From a virus, in the IMG/VR virus record IMGVR_UViG_3300045988_164982: DNA of 64,000 nt; one strand, written 5' to 3'. Every line of letters begins with the position of its first letter. The stretch's first letter is position 1. Shown here piece after piece: positions 19,780 through 29,340 of this stretch. The position numbers and the translations under genes are program-made. Below the pieces are notes generated by a model, which ran no database searches, was not told the DNA's origin, and worked only from the letters and a program-made list of their open reading frames with translations.

Positions 19780-21230
19780 CGCTTTCGCTGTCAACTACCT
19801 ACCACCTATAGAGGTGGAGGCTTGTAAGTCAAAAATCACTTAGGTACTAACGATATTATCTCCCTAATTTTGCCTACATCATCGGATGGTTGACAACACC
19901 CGTCTAGCCTAAAAGTATACTTCTAAGCTGTTAGTTTTGGTTTTTTCTCACCTGAAACATATCTCACACCTAATTGCTGAATATTCATAGCACCAACTCT
20001 ATCATCATTACTGCAATACCCACATTTACATCTAAAAATGTGAGATTTGTGGTTACGACTCTTTTTATCAATACATCCACACTTAGGACATCTCTGAGAC
20101 GTATATTGTGCAGGTACTTTTAATACAGCACTATGATTTAAATTAGCCTTATAGGTTAAGAATTGCTCTAACTGGTAAAAAGCCCATGAACGCTTCTCAC
20201 AACGACTTTCAGTAGAGCCTTTTAAATTATCCTCATCAAAGGTAATCCCTGTTAAATCTTCAAGTACAAAAAGTGTATTTTTACCATACTTCTTTATGAG
20301 TGTCTTAGATAGACAGTGATTAACATCTGTCATCCAACGGTTCTCTCGTCCTGAAATACGTTTTAATACTCTTTTAGCCGATTTTGTACCTTTAGACTGT
20401 AACTCTGCTCTTACTTTAGCAAATCTATTACGTTTAGTCCTAGCCTTATTTCCTGAAAAGAATGTAGTCTTTCCTTGCTCATCATAACACACTGCATGAA
20501 ATCTAATGCCTCTGTCAATACCAACTACATGAGCAATCTGTTCTGTATTTACAGCCTCAATTAACTTAGTAGCTGAAATGTGTAAGTACCAACTACCATC
20601 ATGTTCTACTAACTTAGCACTGCCAAGTTTCCAATCAGAAGAGAAATATTTATCAAAATTATCACTACATATAGGTGTAGCAAATATTCTGCCCTCTAAA
20701 GTATTAATAGATAAATTCCCGTTGGCTAACTTAGACCAATCACGATTACGAACAAGGTCGACTTGCGGATGTGCAAAATTTATAGGCTTCTCGAGCCATT
20801 CAAGATTCCTAGAAACATGATACCTCTTCTTAGTATTCTTATCTTGGAATCTATACGGATTTTGTTTCAACTGTGTTTTTACAGTCTTATATCTTGCAAT
20901 TGTAGAACGAATTGCAGATTGTGCCATCATGGATTTTAATCCAAATTTTACACGAATCTCACTATATATCCCTTTTTGTAATTTTAGCTGACTTAACTGA
21001 AACCCGTGTGTAAAGATATATTCGGAAATATAATTACAGGCTTGTCTATATTGCTCCATAGTATTAGTAACTTTAGAAACATCTTCAATACGATGTAAGT
21101 CTAACTTTACTTTTATTGTAATACCTTGTGTTATACTAGACAATCATATCACCTCCTTTGTTTAATTTATTTAATATATCTAGCAATTCCTCCCCCACTT
21201 CTATAAGTGGGGGGAGGAATTGCTAAAGTG
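19780..21230 (-). mobile_element. IS200/IS605-family insertion sequence carrying tnpB only (IS1341-like)
   Basis: A TnpB gene is followed by a perfect 20-bp-stem hairpin at 21181-21225. The 3' flank of about 140 bp is where the omega-RNA and right end are expected. Confidence 0.6.
19923..21143 (-). CDS. tnpB: TnpB (OrfB) RuvC-like RNA-guided nuclease
   Basis: The protein is 406 aa with a C-terminal CPKCG...CKCGYC zinc finger and a RuvC-like D/E/D pattern. TTG start follows AGGAGG. Confidence 0.8.
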   Translation of the reverse strand: MSSITQGITIKVKLDLHRIEDVSKVTNTMEQYRQACNYISEYIFTHGFQLSQLKLQKGIYSEIRVKFGLKSMMAQSAIRSTIARYKTVKTQLKQNPYRFQDKNTKKRYHVSRNLEWLEKPINFAHPQVDLVRNRDWSKLANGNLSINTLEGRIFATPICSDNFDKYFSSDWKLGSAKLVEHDGSWYLHISATKLIEAVNTEQIAHVVGIDRGIRFHAVCYDEQGKTTFFSGNKARTKRNRFAKVRAELQSKGTKSAKRVLKRISGRENRWMTDVNHCLSKTLIKKYGKNTLFVLEDLTGITFDEDNLKGSTESRCEKRSWAFYQLEQFLTYKANLNHSAVLKVPAQYTSQRCPKCGCIDKKSRNHKSHIFRCKCGYCSNDDRVGAMNIQQLGVRYVSGEKKPKLTA

Positions 21231-21380
21231 TTTTGAAGCGTATTCGCTCAATATCTTGAATATCATGTTATTCAACGAACGATTATCAGCTTTGCCAAGC
21301 TCTATAAGTGCTGTTTTCAGCTGGGGAGTAATACAAATATTACAGCGAACTTTTTCTTCACCAGATAAGAAATTTGCCAT
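21201..21380 (-). CDS. Small ribbon-helix-helix protein of the Arc/Mnt/CopG type
   Basis: The 59-aa product is MANFLSGEEKVRCNICITPQLKTALIELGKADNRSLNNMIFKILSEY. It is divergent from the antirepressor operon. Its 3' end runs into the IS hairpin. Confidence 0.4.
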   Translation of the reverse strand: MANFLSGEEKVRCNICITPQLKTALIELGKADNRSLNNMIFKILSEYASKHFSNSSPHL

Positions 21381-21483
21381 TTTGTAGCCCTCACTTTCGA
21401 TAATATTAACTTTATTATATGTTTACTATGTGCCGTTGTCAAGGCTCAAACGCATATATAATGCGCATTTACGCATAATAATG

Positions 21484-21511
21484 TTGCTAAAAACAGCTAC
21501 AAATAGTATAA
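21484..21511 (+). promoter_or_regulatory. Operator-like site overlapping the promoter of the antirepressor operon
   Basis: TTGCTAAAAACAGCTACAAA matches the right half of the cI/cro operator, AAAACAGCTACAAA. A TATAAT box follows at 21506-21511. Confidence 0.5.
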
Positions 21512-21553
21512 TATAAGGGTAACAAAAAGAATTTTGGAAGAGAGGTATTTTTA

Positions 21554-21922
21554 GTGATAGTTAGCAGTATAAAAAGGGAAATCCAGCGTAAATATGATTT
21601 TCGGAATTGCCATATCGGCACGGAGCGTTTTCCGTGGGACAGGGGGTATCACGAGGGATATTTAGATGCCTTGAAGAGTGTTCTTGACCTGATAAGCAAG
21701 GAAGAAGCTAAGGATAACAGCGAGCACTGGCAGCCAAGATACGGAGAGGTTTATTTTTTTCTTGAAACCCTGCGTGTAGGCATAAAAGATAGACCTACAG
21801 TTTTTGCCGGTATATGGAGAAATACTGAAGCTGACCGCCAGAGAAATGAACGAAATAACTGCTTTAGAACACAAACCTCTGCGGCAGCCTACAGGAGAAA
21901 TATTTGTGTCGGTGAAAAGTAA
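21554..21922 (+). CDS. hypothetical protein
   Basis: GTG start follows AGAGAGG. Confidence 0.35.
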   Translation: MIVSSIKREIQRKYDFRNCHIGTERFPWDRGYHEGYLDALKSVLDLISKEEAKDNSEHWQPRYGEVYFFLETLRVGIKDRPTVFAGIWRNTEADRQRNERNNCFRTQTSAAAYRRNICVGEK

Positions 21923-21943
21923 TGCGTAAGAAGCAAGAGAGAG

Positions 21944-22762
21944 GTGGAAAATGTGATGGATTTAGCAGTAATTGAGCACGCAGGAGAGCGTGTGTTGACA
22001 ACAGAACAGTTAGCAGAGGTTTATGAATGTGATGTGAAACGAATATCGGAAAACTTCAAACGCAATGAAGATAGATTCGTTGAAGATAAACATTATTTCA
22101 AACTGACAGGGGCCACACTTAAAGCATTCAAGGCCTCATTAGGTAATCAGCAAATTGCGGAAAACCTAAAATTTGCTCCTAAAATTTATCTTTGGACTCG
22201 CCGAGGAGCTTCCAGACATTGCAAGATGTTAGGCACGGATAAAGCGTGGGAGATGTTCGACCAGCTGGAGGAAACATATTTCAACTCAAAGACTAAACAG
22301 TTGACATTGGCAGAACAGATGGCGCAGGGGCTGTTAGCTGCCAAAGAGTTATTGGAGGCCAAGGACAAGCAGGTTAAAGAACTCACAGCTACCTGTTCCC
22401 AGCAACAGCAAATGATAGGAGAGCTAAAGCCAAAAGCTGACTATGTTGACAGAATCCTAAAAAGTGATTCTCTAGTGACTATCACTCAGATTGCTAAAGA
22501 TTATGGCATGAGCGGTAAGGCTATGAACAAAGCACTTCACGACCTGCATATAATTTATAACTGCAATAGGCAGTGGCTTTTGTACAGCCAGCACCAAGCA
22601 AAAGGGTACACTTTCTCGGAAACAGTGGATATTCCTTTGGATGATGGCACCACCAAGGTCGTAATGAATACTAAGTGGACACAGAAAGGCCGATTGTTCC
22701 TGTATGAGATGCTGAAAAAACATGGAGTGATTCCACTGATTGAAAAACAAATTGGGGCGTAA
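21944..22762 (+). CDS. Phage antirepressor with ORF6N N-domain and KilA-C C-domain
   Basis: The N-terminus is VIEHAGERVLTTEQLAEVYECDVKRISENFKRNEDRFVEDKHYFKLTG. The C-terminus is antirepressor-like. Confidence 0.65.
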   Translation: MENVMDLAVIEHAGERVLTTEQLAEVYECDVKRISENFKRNEDRFVEDKHYFKLTGATLKAFKASLGNQQIAENLKFAPKIYLWTRRGASRHCKMLGTDKAWEMFDQLEETYFNSKTKQLTLAEQMAQGLLAAKELLEAKDKQVKELTATCSQQQQMIGELKPKADYVDRILKSDSLVTITQIAKDYGMSGKAMNKALHDLHIIYNCNRQWLLYSQHQAKGYTFSETVDIPLDDGTTKVVMNTKWTQKGRLFLYEMLKKHGVIPLIEKQIGA

Positions 22763-22780
22763 AGTAGGAGAGCAAAACAT

Positions 22781-23507
22781 GGGCGCAAAAAGGAAATTAA
22801 AGCGGTCAGCAGAAAAGGCACTGGCCAAGAAAACTACTAAGGAATTAAAGCCACACTTGAAATATTATCGTGCTGGCAAGCTGTTGGCAGAATCTAATGT
22901 GGATAGAATCGGAGAGTTTTGCAGGGCATATTTTATCCCAATGTTTGGCTATGTTATGCATAAGCATTACGGCTTTGGTTTTACCAGGCTAGCCAAATTG
23001 AGCGACGAGCTGGTGAGAATGATAAACCTTGTGGCAGAATCAAACACTGCTGACAAAATGAGGGCAAAAAACATCTTCATTCAGGATGGGGACCCTAATG
23101 TGCCACACCATTACATTACGGCTCCTGAAATGATAGAGGATTTTGAAATTGAGTGCAGGTACAAGTTTGAGCGATACCAGAAGAAGACCCCACCTAAGAC
23201 AGCCAGTGCGGAAGAGTATGCTAAGTGGATAGCAGGAGATATGGCTGGGGTAATCACAGACGATTTAAAGGTAGTATGGCTGCATACACTATGGACGACA
23301 TTCGGCTTTGGGGCAAAAAGACTTACCGACTGTGCAAATTACCTAAAGCAGTATATGTGGCAGAACAAAAAAGACTTCATGGCAAAGCTGGAGGAAATGG
23401 AGAAGTGCCATCAAGGCAGTGAGTACATACAGTTCACCAGTATCAGAAAAATGCTGGACAATCTGAATGTAGATGATGAAATGAGCATTAATCTGACAGT
23501 GGCATAA
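22781..23507 (+). CDS. hypothetical protein
   Basis: ATG at 22781 follows AGGAGAG. Confidence 0.35.
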
Positions 23508-23567
23508 AAAACTCTTGACTTTTTGTGCGCACACAATTATAATTGTGTATTGTTAGGAGGTGAAAAA

Positions 23568-23762
23568 ATGAAACCTCGAAGAGGGCGACCACCTAAGACA
23601 GGACAAACTAGAGATAAAAAGATGAATATCAGGTTGAGTGGGCAAGAGTTACAACGGATAGAAAAATGTGCCGAGCAATTGTCCTTAACGAGAACTGATA
23701 CACTTTTGGCAGGTCTTGTCTTGTTGGAAGCAGACATAGAAAAATGTCAACAAAATAAATAG
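23568..23762 (+). CDS. Small RHH/AT-hook DNA-binding protein
   Basis: The sequence is MKPRRGRPPKTG followed by NIRLSGQELQRIEKCAEQLSLTRTDTLLAGLVLL. RBS is AGGAGGTGA. It sits directly upstream of a Rha gene. Confidence 0.5.
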   Translation: MKPRRGRPPKTGQTRDKKMNIRLSGQELQRIEKCAEQLSLTRTDTLLAGLVLLEADIEKCQQNK

Positions 23763-23873
23763 CACTGTTCCCAGCCGACCAAAGCGAAAACAGTGCTACA
23801 ACACAACAAAACCGAAAGGCTCTGTTAAATCTATTATAGCAGACCTTTCGGTGTAATGAAAGGAAAACTTAAT

Positions 23874-24725
23874 ATGAATTTTGAATTGGTGTGCAAAGAT
23901 AATGTATTTTATGCTGACAGTAGAGAGGTTGCAAAGCTGACCGGTAAACGCCATGACCATTTAGTACGTGATATTGATAGCTATGTCAATATAATTAATC
24001 AAAACCCAAAATTGGGGGCTGATGAACACTTAGGTCAAAATCCAAAATTGGATTCTGATAATTTCTTTGTAGAATCAAGCTATACAGCTGGCACTGGCAA
24101 AGCCTATAAATGCTATTTGCTGACTAAGAAAGGCTGCGATATGGTAGCCAACAAAATGACAGGCGAAAAGGGAATCCTGTTTACCGCTACATATGTGGAT
24201 AAATTCCATGAGATGGAGCACCAGCTGGAACATAACAGGCTCAATCATGTGAATGTTGTACAGCGTATATCAGACAGAGAGATTCAGCTGGAAGAAAAGA
24301 AACTAGCCCTAGAGGAAAAGAAATTTCTCTATGAGAGCTGGCTGAAACTTTCAAGCCTGACAGAGATTCCAGAGTATAAGCAAATTAGCCAGTCGTATGC
24401 GGCTAACACATTGGCTGGCAAAGAAGTCTTTGCACTACCACAGGTAACAGAAAAGACCTATACCGCCACCGAGGTGGGTGAGATGTTGGGCATATCGGCT
24501 AACAAAGTAGGTAAGCTGGCTAAGGGTAATAATCTGAAAACAGAGCAGTATGGTAAGTGGTTCTATGATAAGTCCAAGTATTCAGGTAAGCAGGTAGAAT
24601 CATTCAGGTACAACCAAGCTGGAGTAGAGGCTATCAGGGCAAAGCTAAACGACAATCATGGTAAAATCATAGGCTATGAGCCTTGTGGTGGAAGTGGCAA
24701 GCTGGTGGCCTTAGTACAGAAGTAA
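23874..24725 (+). CDS. Rha-family phage regulatory protein (antirepressor-like)
   Basis: The Rha N-domain is VFYADSREVAKLTGKRHDHLVRDIDSY. Its C-domain is shared with the ORF at 56913-57722. Confidence 0.7.
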   Translation: MNFELVCKDNVFYADSREVAKLTGKRHDHLVRDIDSYVNIINQNPKLGADEHLGQNPKLDSDNFFVESSYTAGTGKAYKCYLLTKKGCDMVANKMTGEKGILFTATYVDKFHEMEHQLEHNRLNHVNVVQRISDREIQLEEKKLALEEKKFLYESWLKLSSLTEIPEYKQISQSYAANTLAGKEVFALPQVTEKTYTATEVGEMLGISANKVGKLAKGNNLKTEQYGKWFYDKSKYSGKQVESFRYNQAGVEAIRAKLNDNHGKIIGYEPCGGSGKLVALVQK

Positions 24726-24880
24726 ATCAGGAAATCCAAAGCAGGGGCATCCACTTTTGTGGGTGTCCTTTTTGCTGTGAATCCAGTCGGCTAAAGGCTT
24801 TTCAAGGTTTGCACAAATTGAAAAAAGCTGTGAAAAATGGTAAAATATCAGTAGGAAAACTAATAAAAAGAGGTGATTTT

Positions 24881-25216
24881 ATGGCCATTAAGATTGTGCC
24901 GTCGTACCTGACTATTCCAGAGGGCGTGACCATTGACCAGCTGGAGAAGTTCATTGACACTATGAATCAGGGGCTTAGAGATGTCCAAGCAGCGTACACC
25001 GCCATCAAGGATAACACCGAGCCAGAGGAGAACGAGGAGCTGATTGCAGGGCTGGGAGAAAAGCTGGCAGGAAGTATGGCAATGTCCTATACTACACTGA
25101 TAGCTTTATCCAAGGTAGCAGAACTGAAAAACTATCCTAACAGCTTTGTAGATGATGCTATCAAGTTTACTAATTTGGGTAATAGGCTGTGCCGGTATCA
25201 TTCTGATATTTGCTAG
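24881..25216 (+). CDS. hypothetical protein
   Basis: ATG at 24881 follows AGAGGTGA. Confidence 0.35.
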   Translation: MAIKIVPSYLTIPEGVTIDQLEKFIDTMNQGLRDVQAAYTAIKDNTEPEENEELIAGLGEKLAGSMAMSYTTLIALSKVAELKNYPNSFVDDAIKFTNLGNRLCRYHSDIC

Positions 25217-25234
25217 TAATTTCAGGTAAAAGAA

Positions 25235-25265
25235 AAGCCCCACCATTATGGCAGGGCTTTTTGAT
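25235..25265. terminator. Bidirectional terminator between convergent gene blocks
   Basis: The stem AAGCCC...GGGCTT is flanked by A-rich sequence on one side and T-rich on the other. Confidence 0.5.
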
Positions 25266-25305
25266 TTCTTATATCAGCTGGGGCAAGAACCCAAAATTGG
25301 TGGCG

Positions 25306-25737
25306 TCAAGCTGGTACCGCAGTAAAAGCTCCGTAACCATGTAGGAAGCGGTCTTCTTTGTCCTTGAATATTACCAGGTCATTGTCAATGCCAGCCGAGT
25401 AAATATTGTCGCTACAATCATCTACTAGCTTTTCCATAGCAGAATAACAAGCCTCGTTCTCATCGCTACTATCAATCAGGAATGGCAACGGCTTCACCAA
25501 CTCGTCCAGATTATAGGTTGATAAATTATTAAACATAATGGGTGTAATGTGTGCACAATAGACTCTAAAATACATAAATAAGCACCTCCAAGAACAAAAC
25601 AGTGTGAAAATATGCAATAATGCTAGCAGGAATGTTGTTAAAGCAACACACCTGCCAACAATTATAGCATTAGCAATTACGGTCGCTCCGCGGTGTTGTA
25701 ATTGCTTTGATTTCACCAACACTGGCAGCGGTATCAT
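25306..25737 (-). CDS. hypothetical protein
   Basis: It is the last gene of the reverse-strand island. It overlaps the upstream gene by 68 nt. Confidence 0.35.
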   Translation of the reverse strand: MIPLPVLVKSKQLQHRGATVIANAIIVGRCVALTTFLLALLHIFTLFCSWRCLFMYFRVYCAHITPIMFNNLSTYNLDELVKPLPFLIDSSDENEACYSAMEKLVDDCSDNIYSAGIDNDLVIFKDKEDRFLHGYGAFTAVPA

Positions 25738-26197
25738 CTAAAGCCTCAGCTAAAATGTGCATAGGTAGATTTAAATCTTTGTAGCCCCGATATAAAATGT
25801 CTAAATAATGCGGGCTGGGCAAACCAAGATGGCGGTCTTCGTGCATGATATAGGCCATACCGTCAGTCGGTGTATTTTGCCATTTTTCAGGGTATAAAGG
25901 CTTGAAATTTTCGATGGGCAAAGTTTTCTTGTAATAGAATGTAGGGTGTCCCTCATAGATGTCCAGACGGTTCTCATCAGCCTTAGAAATTGCCCAAACC
26001 AACACTGGCACCTTGCACAAAACATTCTTTTCAATGGTGGCATAATTGCCAGACTTGCTACCCTTGAACATGAGCTGATAGCCTGAAATATCAGCGATTC
26101 CAATGGGCATGGCATCAGGGCAACGATGGCTCATTTGTTGTAAATCCAAATTAGAACCATAGGCAAGATAAATGGAAAAATTCTTTGTTTTAGACAT
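25670..26197 (-). CDS. Gamma-glutamyl cyclotransferase-like protein of the GGCT/AIG2 family
   Basis: The N-terminal sequence SIYLAYGSNL is the GGCT-fold signature (human GGCT has FAYGSNL). The protein is 175 aa. Confidence 0.7.
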   Translation of the reverse strand: MSKTKNFSIYLAYGSNLDLQQMSHRCPDAMPIGIADISGYQLMFKGSKSGNYATIEKNVLCKVPVLVWAISKADENRLDIYEGHPTFYYKKTLPIENFKPLYPEKWQNTPTDGMAYIMHEDRHLGLPSPHYLDILYRGYKDLNLPMHILAEALDDTAASVGEIKAITTPRSDRNC

Positions 26198-26233
26198 GAT
26201 TTTAGCCTCCTAAAAATTGCATTATGTGAAAAG

Positions 26234-26440
26234 TTAATCGTTATCGGATAGTAATACATCTATAAGCCCTAAAAACCACACAATCCCATCAAGAAATGTG
26301 TTCAGGATATTCATAAGAAGTACGGGCAGATAGAACAATATGATGAAGAATGTAATGGGAAATAGAACAAGTCCCATAATACCGCCAAAAGAGGCATCTA
26401 TAATCTTGAACGTTTCCTTAGAGTCGCTATCAAATCCCAA
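26234..26440 (-). CDS. Small membrane protein
   Basis: It has two hydrophobic segments. Confidence 0.35.
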   Translation of the reverse strand: MGFDSDSKETFKIIDASFGGIMGLVLFPITFFIILFYLPVLLMNILNTFLDGIVWFLGLIDVLLSDND

Positions 26441-26860
26441 TTACATCACCTCCAAGCGTGCCTGATTCTTTAACATGAGGCCAGTCAGAAGCCTGTTCAG
26501 CTCGCAAACATCATCAACATCAATAGAGGTCGTGTTTTCGCCATCTCTACCAGCAAGGAAGATGTCACCAAACAAAAGCCCAGCATAGTCAAGCTCTCCA
26601 GTAGCCAATTTTAAAGGGTTCAAGCAGATATTTGGCTGTGGATTAGGTATAAGCAAAGCCTCATCATCAACAAAAATGTCATATTTTGCCAGTGGTGTTT
26701 TCAGAAGAATATCAGGCAGATAGCGGGTAGCTGGTACAAGGTTAAACAAACGACCGCCTACAAGATTTTGCATAGCCTTAATGTCGTGCTCTATTCGGAT
26801 GACTTCAGGCGTAAAACTATCAGCCTTTAAATGTAATACAGTAAGTTTTCCTTTTTTCAT
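26441..26860 (-). CDS. hypothetical protein
   Basis: RBS AAGGAGTGTACCATT precedes the ATG. It sits inside the accessory island. Confidence 0.4.
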   Translation of the reverse strand: MKKGKLTVLHLKADSFTPEVIRIEHDIKAMQNLVGGRLFNLVPATRYLPDILLKTPLAKYDIFVDDEALLIPNPQPNICLNPLKLATGELDYAGLLFGDIFLAGRDGENTTSIDVDDVCELNRLLTGLMLKNQARLEVM

Positions 26861-26955
26861 AATGGTACACTCCTTTTACAGTAAAGAATATTGATGTATG
26901 GTACATCTCATAGGGCATTAATACTGTGTACTAGTGCCCTATAGGACAAACCAGA

Positions 26956-27921
26956 CTAACATACAGCAGATTCAGCCACTAAGGCTGAGGGGGAGGAGGT
27001 ACGCCAAGCCACATTGCCAGACAGATTTTCTAATAGGAATTTACGACATGTTTCAAATTCTTTCCCCTTTAGCTTCAGTTGGTTAATAAAACAGTGCATG
27101 AGATATGCCTGATTGTCGGTTTGTGCTGGAGTAGGGTCGGCACGCTTTTTTGACTTTGCTAATTCCATGATAGCAAGTGCAAACTGAATTGCGGTCTTGA
27201 CTTTACCCGCATGGAGGGTGGAATTGAAAAGCCTAAACTCCACTGTGCCGTGCATTCCAAGCGAATGAAAATTCAATGCACGATAACGGCTGTCATGATA
27301 ATGCACGCTCTGCTGATGGCGTACCTCATCAGGCAAGCACGAATAAAAACTGGCCAAAAATTCATCTAGGGTAAAGTCACCAGTCAGTGCATTTATTGCC
27401 CTAGAATATCTCCCGCTCATTGGCTGACAATATGTGATGTTGCGGTGCTCATCATCAACCTGAAAGGCATTGAAAAACATTGCTTCATTCTTGTGCCAGA
27501 TGTTGGCTAAGACTCGCAGGTGCTTTGGCGTAAAGTCATCAGCACCTATGTGTACATGTAAGCCACAAGACCGGTTTACTTTAGCTCCGTATCTTTTCAG
27601 ATTACGAACGACCTCCTGTAGAATCTCGATGTCTTGACTGCCAGACAGTATCGGCGTGATTAATTCGCATTGAGATGTGGCAACATCATCACCCTCATGT
27701 GTTGGAGAACATGTCCTTATGCTAGAGTCACGGGCAATATACCAATTACGGCCTTTGCTGTCCTGATACACATATTTGTCATAGACACCACCACAAAAGT
27801 CCGTTTTAGCGAAAATGTTTTTGGAAATTGTAGTTGCAACAATGGCAATAGCCGCTGGCCTTGATACTCCGCAAAATTCCAGCTCTACACCAAAAGTGCG
27901 TGCCTCCATGTTTTCATTCAT
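26956..27921 (-). CDS. Amidoligase of the GCS2/glutamine-synthetase-like carboxylate-amine ligase family (Pfam Amidoligase_2-like)
   Basis: It has FGVELEF near the N-terminus and CGLHVHIGA, as in YbdK/GCS2. The true start is MNENMEARTF at 27921 with AAGGAG upstream. The ORF-track extension to 28041 translates a repeat element. Confidence 0.65.
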   Translation of the reverse strand: MNENMEARTFGVELEFCGVSRPAAIAIVATTISKNIFAKTDFCGGVYDKYVYQDSKGRNWYIARDSSIRTCSPTHEGDDVATSQCELITPILSGSQDIEILQEVVRNLKRYGAKVNRSCGLHVHIGADDFTPKHLRVLANIWHKNEAMFFNAFQVDDEHRNITYCQPMSGRYSRAINALTGDFTLDEFLASFYSCLPDEVRHQQSVHYHDSRYRALNFHSLGMHGTVEFRLFNSTLHAGKVKTAIQFALAIMELAKSKKRADPTPAQTDNQAYLMHCFINQLKLKGKEFETCRKFLLENLSGNVAWRTSSPSALVAESAVC

Positions 27922-28040
27922 AGTACATACACTCCTTAGAAATACATTGATAATATTCAGTCCTAAAGACTTTACACTGCCCACCAGGCGAAAGCTGGCA
28001 AGCAGGTTAAAACCTTTAGAGTATGGATATATTAAGCTCA
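27922..28040 (-). repeat. Cassette-junction repeat class B, copy 1
   Basis: It is about 85% identical to 29341-29445. It ends in AAGGAGTGTAT(G/T)TACT-ATG. Confidence 0.6.
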
Positions 28041-28043
28041 TCA

Positions 28044-28266
28044 GCAGCCAAGCGGATGGCCTTGTCGAAAAATTCCTGAGAAATTGACTTTTCTACAGTG
28101 CTGGCCATTTTGCCGTTGAAAAGTTCCCAGCAATCAGGGCCAATCTTGAATATGTTTTTTTATCAGTAGCGTCCAGCTGTTGCCCTAACCAAAAAATGTT
28201 GCCGTCAATGAGAAGTTTTGCAAGAATACCACCAAACTCGTCGTTATATTCACAATCCAGAACTGT
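28044..28266 (-). pseudogene. Small gene apparently frameshifted at an A7 run
   Basis: A 58-aa ORF, MTVLDCEYNDEFGGILAKLL..., has a strong RBS, AAAAAGGAGG. With one extra A the frame would run to 84 aa and end exactly at the junction repeat. Confidence 0.3.
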
Positions 28267-28284
28267 CATAATAAAACCTCCTTT

Positions 28285-28791
28285 TTATCGCGGTAATCTA
28301 GAAGTGACACGTAAAATTTTATCTTTATATATTTTTGAAATTTCGATATGAATATCATTGACTAGGGTGTTGAGGTCTGATATTTTTTCATTCAGCAGGG
28401 CAATGGTGTCCTCGACGTGTTCAGCTTGTGCTGTTAGGTCTGATATTACCTTTTTGATATATTCGGCTCGTTTGTCTATCAATACATTGAGCTTTTCGGC
28501 ATTGATACGCTTGCCGTCCAGAAAATCATCTAATTTACATATAACTAGATTGCGTGCATAATCATCACAAGCTCCGTCCTCGCGTTCTATTTTAATGCTT
28601 TTTTTATCATAGCTAGCGTGATAAACATAACAGCCAACTGACTCTAAGGCATTGTCAAAACGCTTGTTATAACACTTGCCATCAAACTGCTGGGCAATAG
28701 CTTTTACGCCATCGACCAGGGCAAAGGTCTTTTCATACTGAGAGATACGTGCCTGTAATAAAATTTCTTCTTTTGTCATGACTTTAGCCAT
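28285..28791 (-). CDS. hypothetical coiled-coil protein
   Basis: RBS TAGGAGGTTTTTATT precedes the ATG. Confidence 0.4.
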   Translation of the reverse strand: MAKVMTKEEILLQARISQYEKTFALVDGVKAIAQQFDGKCYNKRFDNALESVGCYVYHASYDKKSIKIEREDGACDDYARNLVICKLDDFLDGKRINAEKLNVLIDKRAEYIKKVISDLTAQAEHVEDTIALLNEKISDLNTLVNDIHIEISKIYKDKILRVTSRLPR

Positions 28792-28866
28792 AATAAAAAC
28801 CTCCTAAAAAGCTAACCACAAAAAATGCACTTGTGGTCATAAAGAATATATGGTATGATAATAGAG

Positions 28867-29340
28867 TCAAATTATACCTTTCCAAATGAGCTTATATTCA
28901 GGTAAGGAACGGATAGAAGTTGACGACTTTAGCTCCGTATCTATGCCGATGATGATGTGGTCTAGTACGGGAATATTCAGGATTTTTCCTGCCTCTACCA
29001 ATCGTCTAGTGGTATTAATATCATCCTCTGATGGAGTAGACACGCCACTGGGGTGGTTATGAGCTACGATGATGCTGGCCGCATTGTGCAGGATAGCAGG
29101 TGCAAACACCGACCTCGGCTCAACAACGGAGGCTGAGGAGCTACCCACGGAAATATCCTGAATAGCGATAACACCGCCCTTGATGTTCAAGCACATAACA
29201 GTGCAATGCTCGTATGGTTCATCTTTAAACCAGCTGGCCAGAATGGCGGTGGCATCATCAGCACCTGTGATGGTTTTAGTTTCGTAAAGATGACTGCCCT
29301 CACGGACAAGCTGAAGCTTGTAACTTGCAATTCTTTTCAT
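28867..29340 (-). CDS. RadC-like JAB/MPN-domain protein
   Basis: VAHNHPSGVSTPSEDD is the RadC JAB signature (HxHPSG...SxxD). Confidence 0.8.
   Translation of the reverse strand: MKRIASYKLQLVREGSHLYETKTITGADDATAILASWFKDEPYEHCTVMCLNIKGGVIAIQDISVGSSSASVVEPRSVFAPAILHNAASIIVAHNHPSGVSTPSEDDINTTRRLVEAGKILNIPVLDHIIIGIDTELKSSTSIRSLPEYKLIWKGII

Noticed and set aside
27922-28041. N-terminal 40-aa extension of the amidoligase ORF, which the ORF track lists as 26956-28041
   Set aside because: The extension is the translation of a conserved intergenic junction repeat. The real start, MNENMEARTF at 27921, has a canonical AAGGAG RBS that is also present in the repeat's other copy.
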